Source of the DNA: Mobula hypostoma
Taxonomy: Eukaryota
Direction of reading: 5' to 3'
DNA length: 64,000 nt
Assembly (NCBI RefSeq): GCF_963921235.1
Contig: NC_086109.1
Coordinates: 34,846,001 to 34,910,000 of the forward strand
This document shows, in pieces, positions 1 through 10,799 of this stretch (positions are counted from its first letter, which is position 1; the number at the start of each line of letters is the position of its first letter). The notes beneath the pieces are model-generated. The model ran no database searches. It was not told the origin of the DNA and saw only the letters and a program-made list of their open reading frames with translations. The translations under genes and the position numbers were made by a program.

Positions 1-342
1 ATGTCTGAAGTAGTGTTTTCACTGTGCAAACTTTTTCCTGATTTTATTATGTTTTCATAGCCACATTTATAGCAAGATCTTGTATTAATATGGTATTTTA
101 GTAAGCATCTCAAACAGCATCACATTACTTGTTAAACAAATCCTGAAAGGACGTATTCGGGCAAATGAAGCTTGGGTGAAAGAAATGGGCTTTTAGAAGC
201 ATCTTTGTGGAGAGATTAGTTTTTATTCAGAGTGGATTCACTCAAAAAAGATGGTCATAATACATTGTAGCTAGTGTTGTTAGTGAATAGAATGTATGGT
301 CACTTCTGGGATAGAATGTCATACAATGGACCATAGAGTGTA

Positions 343-793
343 CGAGGGGTGATTGATAAGTTTGTGGCCTAAGATAGAAGGAGTCAATTTTAGAAAACCT
401 AGCACATTTATTTTTCAACATAACCCCCTCCTACGTGTACACACTTAGTCCAGCAGTCATGGAGCATACGGATCCCTTCTTTGTAGAATTGGTCCACAGC
501 AGGGGTAATTGATAAGTTCATGGCCTAAGGTAGAAGGAGATGAGTTATCATGCATGTGCAGTTCAACTCTTTGAGTGAAAATGCAGAAAGTTTGAAATTA
601 ATAGCACATCTCCTTCTACCTTAGGCCACGAGCTTATCAATCACCCCTGCTGTGGACCACTTCTACAAAGAAGGGATCTGTACGCTCCATGGCTGCTGGA
701 CTAAGTGTGTAAATGTAGGAAAAATAAATGTGGCTAGGTTTTCTAAAATTGACTCCTTCTACCTTAGGCCACGAACTTATCAATAACCCCTCG
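343..793. mobile_element. Mariner-derived palindromic MITE with ~205-bp inverted arms
   Basis: Begins TA|CGAGGGGTGATTGATAAG (341) and ends CTTATCAATAACCCCTCG (793). The arms 343-~548 and ~600-793 are reverse complements. The minus strand at 488-408 reads FYKEGIRMLHDCWTKCVHVGGGYVEK*, a mariner transposase C-terminus. The right-hand TA is not preserved. Confidence 0.85.
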
Positions 794-2196
794 CTGAAGG
801 AAGAGTATAAAATTTTACTACCGCTTTCATTGGAGAAATACAATTTACAGAATGCATGATGAAGATTAATTATGCACTTGCAGTTATAATCTTGCAGTTC
901 ATACCCTACTCTAATCTAAATACTTAATGTAATACAGGTGGAAATAATTGTAAGTGCAATTGATAGTCAAAAATTTAAGGTTTTTCCTCATACCCTAATA
1001 CAGTCTACATGGTTGAGAATCAGTGGAAATGCATATGGTGCTAATATTATAATGATCAATTTTTGACTGTTATCTCTGCTGGAAGTTAAGCATTTTATTT
1101 TCTACAGTGAATAAAAGCATTTGATTCTCTTTATCCTCTGCTTAAACAATACAGTCTTAATAGCATACCCCAGGATAAAGTCCATATAAAATCCTTATTT
1201 CTTTAGCGCTAAGGGATAAATATTGCCTCATATTAGGAGAAGCATAATGATTTAAAAAACATTCCACTGCTTTTCTCCTCTTGAAAATGTGACAGTTTAC
1301 TTGGCCTGTGTATTTGCCTAAAATACCATGCAGGAGAGGAGTAGGAAAGAGTAAATTAACTTGTGGACTGAGGGAAATAGGATTTAACCACAGGTGAAGT
1401 ATACAGTTGCTTATCAAACTGTGGGTAAAGAACTTCATTATGTTCAAAAGTGGGGCAGAGAAACTGAGACAATGGACAGAAATAGATCAGAGTAAATACC
1501 ACTGAATGTGGGCATCAGCACAAGAAGTGGAACAGGATTCTGAATATCAAACTTGTGTGGAAAAGTGGAATTGGAATTTAAACTTGCCACTTGAGTATTT
1601 AGATTTTTATTTCTGTTCCATATGAAGGAAATACAAGGAAGATGGAAAAAAAGTATGATAAGCTAAATATTTTCCTCCTGTGCTATCAATTACCATGATC
1701 ATACATAAACAGTGGCAGAAAATGAACTAAAAAAAAAAATTGATAGCTGGTGACTGGATAGTGGAAATTTTGGAGGAAAGATAATTGAGATTTGTAGCAA
1801 CATGCAATCTGCTGGAGGAACTCAGCAAGTCAAGCAGTGTCAGTGGGAGGACAGTAGAGTAACTGTTGACTTGTCAGGTGTAGAGACCGAAAGTGGAGGA
1901 GCTGGAAGGACAGTGACAAGAAAGGATTATGAGGCAATTAAGATTTTTCTTTGTTTACAAGAGCTAACTGTGTGATACAGTCACATACACAAATGCAACT
2001 TGCCCTTGGAAATTTCTTCTATGAACTTTTTCAACTACCTCATTGATAGCCATGGTCAATTTATAACATTTTCATATGGGAAGTATATTTGGAGAAATTG
2101 TCCGTTCACTCCAAACAAATGGGAGGCTGTTTAAATCTGACAATCGGGACCTATACTCTTTGTTCAATGTTCATCACAGTAATTCCTTAACGCTTG

Positions 2197-2224
2197 TAAA
2201 TAAATAAATAAATACATACATAAA
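2197..2224. repeat. (TAAA)n/(TACA)n microsatellite
   Basis: taaataaataaataaatacatacataaa is directly visible. Confidence 0.7.
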
Positions 2225-3149
2225 TTCTCGTTTGTTACTGGACCAATTGAGACTCTTGCAAAATTACTTTCTTAGATTGCTGCAATCCTTCTGATGAAAT
2301 ATAGTCTCACAGTGCTGATAGAGCTGCAGTTCCAAAGCTTAGATTCAATGGTGACATAGGGATATCTCCATGTCAATGCTATGTGACATTTGGGGGGAAT
2401 ATGCATCTAAGTCTCAATCATCCTTAAGATAGAAGGATAGGAAAGTGCTGTTAGATAAGATTAGACGACTAATTGCAGTGTCGTTTATCACTGGCGCACC
2501 CTGGAGCCTGGTGAGCTAGTAGTGGAATAAATAAATATTTATGATGGTAGATGGGGTTGTGACTGTGATTGAAGTCACTGGGGAGAAACTGACACTGGTG
2601 ATACAGAACTCTTTAATCATCCCTGAAGACAGGTGGCAGATCAACTGATGATCCCGCTGGTGACAGCACAGGACAGTTAACATCTTAGTCCACGTGTGTT
2701 TTCAATTCATTAATTCAATTCATCACAACAAGCATGCATTCTTCTGGGGACCATCTTGCTGGAGTCTCACAAACTCAAAAGTATATCACACCTAAGATCA
2801 AAGGTAACAGTAGGTGATTCAATGCAATTTTGTTAATTACAATGACATAATTTAAACCCATAGTTGCCTGGATTATTGCCGATCAACTAACACAACTTCA
2901 TTGTCTTGATATGTGGCTGATGCATATGCAATTGTCTCATGATCACCATTTTACAAACAATATCTCGATCTGTGAGCCAGCCTGTGCTTTTAAATTCAGT
3001 TTACTTCCAACAAAATAAAATTTACATTAGGAACTGAAGACTGGTCTTTGTTTAAATTAATGTCTGCTATATTCACACAAATCAAGAATATTCGTCAACA
3101 TTCTCTCCTCTTGGCCCCTGGACAGAAGTCTATCCAAGGAAGTCCAAAC

Positions 3150-6100
3150 ATTAGACTGTAAGACATAGGAATAGAATTCGGTCATTTGGCCCATTGAGTC
3201 TGCTCTGCCATTCCACCATGGCTGATTTATTGTCCCTGTCAACCTCATTCTCCTGCCTTCTCCACATAACCTTTGACACCTTGACTAATCAAGTACCTGT
3301 CAACCTCCACTTTAAATATCCTCAATGACTTGGTTCCACAGCCATCTGTAACAATGAATTCTACAGATTAACCAACCTCTGGCTAAAGAAATTCCTGTTC
3401 TAACATCTTGGATCTGTTCTAACATCTTGGATGAGGTGCCCAAAATTGCTTACCATACTCCAAGTCTGGTTTGACCAATAGCTTATAAGCTTCAGTATTT
3501 CATCCTTGCTCTTATATTCTAGACCTCTCGAAAGGAATGATAACATTGCATTTAGCTTCCTTACCAGTAACTGAACTTGCAAGTCCTTCACAAGTCCCTT
3601 TGCCCCTCTGATTATTTCTAATTTTCTCCGTGTTTAGAAAATAGTTTATGCCTTTATTCCTTCTACCAAAGTGCATGATCGTGCACTTCCCTACACTGTA
3701 TTCCATCTGCCACTTCTTTGCCCATTCTCCTAATCTGTTTAAGTCCTCCTTCAGATTCCTGCTTCCTTATCACTACCTGCCCTTCCACCTATCTTTGTAT
3801 CATCGACAAACTTGATCACAAAGCTATTAATTCCATCAGCTAAATCGTTGACATATAATGTGACAAAAGGCAGTCCAAATACCAACCCCTTCATATCACC
3901 ACTAGTCACTGGCAGCCAACCAGAATAGACTCCATTCATTCCTGCTGTTTCCCTTTCTCCAGTCAGCCAATCTTCTATCCATGCTAGTATCTTTACTGCA
4001 ATACCATGGGCTCTTACCTTATTAATCTGCCTTGTGTGGTACCCTGTCAAAGACCTACTGAAGATCAAAGGAAACCATATTTACTAACTCCCTATTGTCT
4101 ATCCTGCCTGTTATTTCCTCCAAGCATTCCAACAGATTTGTCAGACAATATTTCACCTTAAGGAAACTATGCTGACTTTGGCCAACTTTACCATATGCCT
4201 CTTAGTACCCTGATATCTCATCCTTAATAGTGGAGTCCAACATTTTTCCAACCACTGCAGTTAGGCTAACTGGTCTATAAGTTCCTTTCTTTTGCCTCCC
4301 TCTTTTCTTAAAGAGAGAAGTGACATTTGCAATTTTCCAGTCCTCTGGAACATTGCCAGAAACTATTGATACTTGAAAGGTCATTACTAATGCCTCCACG
4401 GTCTCTTCAGCTACCTCTTTCAGAAGCCTGGGGTGTATTCACACTGGCCCAGATAATTTATTACCTTCAGACCTTTCAGCTTCTGAAGCACTTTTTCCTT
4501 CGTAATAGCAACTACACTCACTTCTGTTCCCTGCCACTTTCAAATTTCTGGCATGCTGCTAGTGTCTTCCACCGGGAAGACTGATGCAAAATCCTTATTA
4601 AGCTCATCTGCCATTTCTTCGTACCCCATTATTACCTCTTCAGCATCATTTTCCGGCGGTCTGATACTCACTCTCACCTCTTTTTTACTCTTTATATATC
4701 TGAAGAAAAAACTATTGGTATCTTCTTTTATATTATTAGCTAACTTACTTTCATATTTTATCTTTTCCCTCCTTATAGTTTTTTTTTTGCCTTTTGTTAA
4801 CTTTTAAAAGCTTCCTAATCCACTAACCTCCCATTAAATTTTGCTATATTATATGTTCTCTGTTTAGCTTCAATGGGGTCTTTGACATCTCTTGTCAGTC
4901 ACAGTTTTCTCATCCTCTCATTAGAATACTTCTTCAACTTTGGGATGTATTTATCCTGCACCTTCAGAGATTACTGCCATTGTTGTTCTACCATCATCCC
5001 TAATATTGTCCTCTTCCAATCAACTTTAGCCAGCTCCCCTCTCGTGCTTCTGCTAATCCACCGTAATACTGATACACCCCACTTTATCTTCTCCCTCTCA
5101 TACTACAGGGAGAATTTTATCATATTATGATCATTGCTTCCTAAGGGTTCCTTTACCTTAAGCTCCCTAATCAAATCTGGTTCATGACTCAACACCTAAT
5201 CCAGAATTGCCTTTTCCCAAGTGGTCTCAATCACAAGATGCTCTAAAAAACACCTCATAGACTACTGCAAATTCCCTTTCTTGGGACCCAGCACCTACCT
5301 GATTTTCCCAATCTATCTACACATTGAAATCCCCCATGACTTTTCTATCACCTGCTGTCATTTATATCCCACATTCAGGCTGCTGTTTGGAAGACTGTGC
5401 AAAACTCCCATCAGCGTCTTTTTACCTTTGCAGTGTTTTGACTTTACCCTCAATGATTCTACATCTTCCCCTTGTATGTCAGCTCTTTCTAAGGACTTTA
5501 ATTAATTTGTTACCAAAAGAATCACCTCATCCCCTCTGCCAACCTACCTACCCATTTGAGACAATGTATATCTTGGATTCTTAGTTTCAAACTATGATCT
5601 TCTTTCAGCCATGAATCAGTGATGGCCATGTTATCATACATGCATTCTTTAATCGTGCTACACTATCATCTGCCTTATTCTGGATATTACATGCATTCAA
5701 AATATAACATCTTCAGTCCTGTATCATCATCCTTTCTGATTTTGTTCCCATGGTGTACTTCAACTCATCGAATTGACTGCAATTCTGCCCAATTATCTGT
5801 GCCTCTACACAATGCATTGACTTGTATACCAACTGCCTCATCCTCACTCCTATCACTCCGGTTCCCCTTCCCCTGGCAAACTAATTTAAACTCTCCCCAA
5901 AAGCTCTACCAAACCTACTCACAAAGATATTGGCCCCCATCCAGTTCAAGTGTAACATGTCCTTTTTGTACAAGCCATACCTTACTCAGAAGAAATCCCA
6001 CTAGTCCTGAAATCTGAAACCCTGCACCCTCAGCACTTCCTCAGCCACTCACTCATCTGTGCTTGTCATCCTATTCCTACACTGACTAGTATGTGGTACT

Positions 6101-6375
6101 GTGAGTAATCCAGATATTACTTACTTGGAGGTCCTACTCTTCAGTCTCTCCCCTAAACCCCTACAGTCATTGTGCGGGACCTCTTCCCCTTTCTACCTAT
6201 GTCATTGGTGCCAATGAGAACCATACATCTGGCTATTCATCTTCCTTCTTCAGAATCTTCTGAGGCCAGTCTGACATATCACGGACATACCATCCTGGGG
6301 TCTTTTTTGCAGCCATAGAAAATCTTGTTCATTTCCCCTTACCCCCTAACTATCGGGTCTCCTATCACTGTAATG
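3150..6375 (-). mobile_element. Degenerate near-full-length CR1 LINE (ORF1 esterase, endonuclease and RT remnants)
   Basis: Minus-strand fragments include VPEDWKIANVTSLFKK..YRPVSLT (4202-4399), YVNDL..KFVDDTKIGG (3751-4068) and KCTIMHFGRRN (3512-3706). There is a CR1-type 3' end near 3155 and an ORF1 'HIGTND' motif region near 6200. Many frameshifts. Confidence 0.85.
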
Positions 6376-7085
6376 CTCCTTTAAGGAGGATTCCCTTTTG
6401 ATCCCTTCCCCGATTATTAACCTATCACGTCCCTACGTGCATCTACATCATCCCTAATTAGTTTTCTACAGGACTAAGCAGAGACGGCAATAAAACGTTC
6501 CAGAAATTTGATCACTTCCACTTCTTGAATATCTTTGTCCCCTCAGTGTCAACTGGTCATTGAAATGTAGCATTGTCATTCATGAGCTTTTTGCCTCCTT
6601 AACTGCTGGCCTATTGTGATTTGCATATCCTTATCTTTGCCCCTTCAATATCTGCAGGTAAAGTTCAGCAGTGGCTATCATTAGTTACCTTGTGGGCTGT
6701 GGGCACTCATATCAGGTTTGCAGTCAACAGTTCACACTCCATACCCTGACAGTGGATTTTCAGAATAATCTGATACCGTAAGACTCTCAGTGGCTTTGAT
6801 TGGTGTGCTGGAGGTATTGGGGTGGTCTCATTCCAGTGCGCCCCTCCTGCACTGTCCTTTAGATCACTGGCCCAGCCACTGAAAGGGCTCTGTTCATTTG
6901 TATTCACTCCTATTGTGGCTGCCTTCAGATGCTGTGTGCAATTGCTTCTTTCTCAGGCTACCTTCCTACTGAAGTTGTAGAATGACATCTCTGCAGTAAC
7001 TTGGATACCATCTCCTCTATTTTTGCAATATCTTTCTATTATTATCAATGTAACTAATCATCTATCTCTAATCAACTAATCACCT

Positions 7086-7200
7086 TCAGTCCTAATGAAA
7101 GGTCATGGCCCAAAACATAGACATTTATCATTTTCCATAGTCACTACCTGGCCTTTTGTGTGTGTTGCTTTGAATTTCCAGCATCTGCATATTTTCTCAT
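7086..7200 (+). mobile_element. Degenerate Penelope-derived terminal repeat with a decayed hammerhead motif
   Basis: cagtcctaatgaaaggtcatggcccaaaacatagac...tttgaatttccagcatctgcatattttctc matches the 60348-60485 unit, with mutations in the core. Confidence 0.6.
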
Positions 7201-7207
7201 CTTCATT

Positions 7208-9291
7208 ACCATTAGACAATAAGATATAGGAGCAGAGTTAGGCTCATTTGGCCCATTGAGTCTGCCCTGCCATTTCATTATGGCTGATCCAATTTTCCTC
7301 TCAGCCCCGATTTCCTGCTTCTCCCTATATACCTTCACACCCTGACCAATCAAGAATCTATGAACCTCTGCCTTAAATGTACTGTCCATAAAGACTTAGC
7401 CTACTCAGGTGCCTGTGGCAAAAAAATTCCACAGATTCACCATCCTCTGGCTGAGGAACTTTCTCCTCATCTCCATTCTAAAAGGACATCTGTCTACTCT
7501 GAGTCTGTGTTCTCTGGTCTTAGACTCTCCCACCACAGGAAACATCCTCTCCACATCCACTCTACCCCTCATTCTTCTGAATTCTGGTGAATACAGGCCT
7601 GGAGCCATCAGATGATCTTCATATGACAAGCCATTCAATCCTAGAATCATTTTCCTGAACCTCTTTTGAACCTTCTCTAGTTTCAGCATATCCTTTCAAA
7701 GATAATGGGCTGAAAACTGCTCACGATATTCCAAGTGAGGCCTCAACAGTGCTTTATAATGGCTCTACATTATATCCTTGCTTTTATATTCTAGTCCTCT
7801 TGAAATAAATGCTAACATTGCATTTGCCTTCCTCATCACAGATTCAACCTCCAAATTAGGGAATCCGGCATAAGGGCTCCCAAGTCTCTTGCACTGCAGT
7901 TTTTTGTATTTTCTCTCCATTTAGGCAATAATTGACTCTTTCATTTCTTCTAGCGAAGTGCATGACCATACACTTCCTGACATTGTATTCTATCTGCCAT
8001 ATCTTTGCCCATTCTCCTAATCTGTCCAAGTCCTTCTGTAGCCTCTCTACTTCCTCAAAACTACCTGCTCATCCACCCATCTTCCTATCATCTACAAGCT
8101 TTGCAACAAAGGCATCAGTTCCTTTATTCAAATCATTAGCATATAATGTGAAAAGAATCGTACCCAACACAGACCCCTGTGGAACATCACGAGTCACCGG
8201 CAACCAGTCCGAAAGGCTCCCTTTATTCCAACTCTCTGCCTTCTGCCAATCAGCCACTGCTTTATTCATGCTAGAACCTTTGCTCTAACTTCATAGGCTC
8301 ATAGCTTGTTAAGCAGCTTCGCGTGTGGCACATATCAAACGGCTTCTGAAAGTCCAAGTATACAACATCAATCAGTTCTCCTCTGTCTATCCTGCTTGTT
8401 ACATTTTCAAAGAATTCCAACAGACTTGTCAGGCAAGATTTTTACTTCAGGAAACCATGCTGACTAGGCCTTTTTTATTATGTGCCTCCAAGTACCCTGA
8501 GACCTTATCCTTAATAATTGACTCCAACATCTTCCCAACACTGAAGTCAGACCAACTGGCCTATAGTTTCCTTTCTTCTGCCTCTCTCCCTTGTTGAAGA
8601 GTGGAGTGACATTTGTAATTTTCCTGACTTCTGGAATTCCCTTTCATCCACAGTAATACTGATTCATCTGATTTTATCTTCTCCTTCTCAAATTTCAGGG
8701 TGAATTCATTTATATTATGACCACCTGCCCCTAAGGGCTCTTTTACCATAAACTCCGTAATCAATTCCATTTCATTGCACAATACCCAATCCAGAATAGT
8801 TGATCCCCCTAGTGGGCTCAGTCAGAAGCTGCTCTAAAAAGATATCTTGTAGGCACTCTAGAAACTCCCCCTCCTAGAATCCAGCACCACCCTGATTTTC
8901 CTAATCTACCTGCATATTGAAATCCCCCTGTGACTATAATAACATTGCCCTTTTGGCATGCATTTTCTATCTCCTGTTGTAATTTGTAGACCACATCCTT
9001 CATACTGTTTCGGGGTCTGTATACAACTCCCATCAGGGTCTTTTTACCCTTGCAGTTCCTTAGCTCTATTCACAATGATTTAGCACCTTCTGATGCTATG
9101 TCACCTCTTTCTAATGATCTGATTTCATATTTTACCAACAGAGCCACACTAACCCTTTGCCTTCCTGCCTTCCTGCCTGTCCTTTCAATACAATGTGTAT
9201 TCTTGTCCATTAAGCTCCCGGGTATAAACTTCTTTCAGCCATATTTCAGTGATGATTACAACATCATACATGCCAATCTGCAACTGCGCTA
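7208..9291 (-). mobile_element. CR1 LINE, 3' part (RT and endonuclease), interrupted by the LTR element
   Basis: Minus-strand ORFs: LEKVQKRFRKMILGL..QRMVNLWN (7405-7689), VPQGSVLGTILFTLYANDL..VDDRKMGG (8069-8269), GVVYRP..IIVTGGF (8818-9033). The sequence resumes at 14165 after the TSD. Confidence 0.9.
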
Positions 9292-10168
9292 TGTTACGTA
9301 CCCCGTAACTGGGTTGCCAAACCAGCAGAAATGGATCACTCAGTTGGAGTCTGGAGTACTAGAACTAAGAAAGTTTTATTAAGGAAACAAGCAACACAGT
9401 AATCGAAAGGATAATAAATGCAACAGTTCAGTGATGATAAACACACATGTGCACAGAATTAAGATAACAGCATCAATCAAGCTCTATCGTTGTCTAGGGG
9501 TAAATGACCAATTTCAAAATGACTCAAAGTTCAGTCCAGTTTAGTAGTTCAGTTCGCAGTAATCGTTGCCATGGCGGTGGACAACGTGGGGGAAGAGAGA
9601 GATAGAATAGGAACAACTCATCATTCAGAACGGCTTCACTCACAGACCAGCAAGATGGCTCACAGACCAGCGAGATGGCTCACAAACAGCTTTTGGGCAG
9701 GTCCTTGGTGATGTCACCTGAGGTCACCGACTGTGACCCCTCCTCCAGATGCGGTCGATCCTCTGCAGTGAACCCGGCACCCAGGCAAGGGCGGACACAC
9801 ACCGGGTTCCCGCTGATCGTACCTTTCCACCCTGTGCGTTGTCCGGTTCTTCTCACCACTCGTGAGAGGCGCACCGCTTCCAGGGTCTCGTTACCTCGGG
9901 TGGCGTGTGTCTGTCTTAGCGAACCTGTCCCTTTTTATCCCCCTGCTGGGGTATCGCCTGTCCATCACTTCAAACAGTTCAGGGCTCAAAGGGGGGAGCC
10001 GCTCCAGACAGCTCTTCCTCCCACATCCCTTCATTACACATCTCCAGACGCTGCTCCATTGTTCCTTATCTCTCCTTCCCCTGAGGGCAGGTGGCAGACC
10101 AACTGCTGATGCCACTGATGCTAGCCCAGGCCAGCAAACATCTTAATTTTATGTGTATTCTCGTAACA
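9292..10168 (-). repeat. 3' LTR (877 bp)
   Basis: TG...CA ends with 7-bp terminal inverted repeats. Minus-strand AATAAA at 9375-9380 and TATA-like ATAAAAAG at 9931-9938. No difference from 13288-14164 seen by eye, and the ORF-track peptides are identical at offset 3996. Confidence 0.95.
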
Positions 10169-10180
10169 CTTCCCCCCTTT
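10169..10180 (-). promoter_or_regulatory. Polypurine tract
   Basis: Minus strand AAAGGGGGGAAG directly abuts the TG of the 3' LTR. Confidence 0.9.
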
Positions 10181-10340
10181 AAGGATTTTTACCGGGAGGT
10201 AAAAATTACAAACATGACTACATTATCTGATACATACACAATATACATCTTTAACAGTTATTTAGCTAATACAGAGAATTTGAAGCTGTCAACACCTTGA
10301 CAGACAGTCATCACATTTTCTGTTCCTTTTACACGTGTTA

Positions 10341-10799
10341 TTAATAATCCCTTAGACCAGGCTCCAACTCAGCAAACTTCATAGTGGCCAAAAACACTGA
10401 TGAATTGCGACCAATGTAACCTCTCATTTGGTTTTGTCCCGGACCACAACAACAAGGGTCGTCCCATTCCGACTCAATTTTCCCTCGCAAGGGCTTAGTA
10501 GGAGGGGGACGGGTATTGACCGCAGAGTTATTGCAAAACTTCCTGCAGTACCCCACCATCTCCAAGAGCCTTCTGAGGGCCCTCTTGTCTGTCGGGGTTG
10601 GGAGGTCAGCGATAGCCTGCATTGTCGCTTGCATCACTGCCAGCTGCCCCTGTGTCACCACAATTCCCAGGTAAGTGACTCTCGTGTGGCCGAATTCATT
10701 TTTTCCAAGGCTCACTATCACGCTGGCTTCAGACAGCCGTGTTAAATTGCCAATACACACCTCTGTGTTCATCAGCCCTTTAGTCACTGAATTACTCAA
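10341..10799 (-). pseudogene. Reverse transcriptase C-terminal and RNase H remnant ORF (152 aa), catalytically dead
   Basis: KNEFGHTRVTYLGIVV, AIADLPTPTDKRALRRLLEMVGYCRKF and PTKPLRGKIESEWDDPC match the gypsy RT thumb/connection region. The YxDD position reads VCIGN. A frameshifted KGTENV/DCLSR (RNase H end) follows at ~10280-10341. Confidence 0.8.

Noticed and set aside
6380..7085. Possible very old Penelope RT remnant upstream of the 7086 repeat
   Set aside because: Only faint motif resemblance, too degraded to support without a profile search.
9675..10146. 144-, 94-, 74- and 64-aa ORFs duplicated at 13671-14142
   Set aside because: They lie inside the GC-rich LTRs, are duplicated only because the LTR is, and show no recognisable domain.
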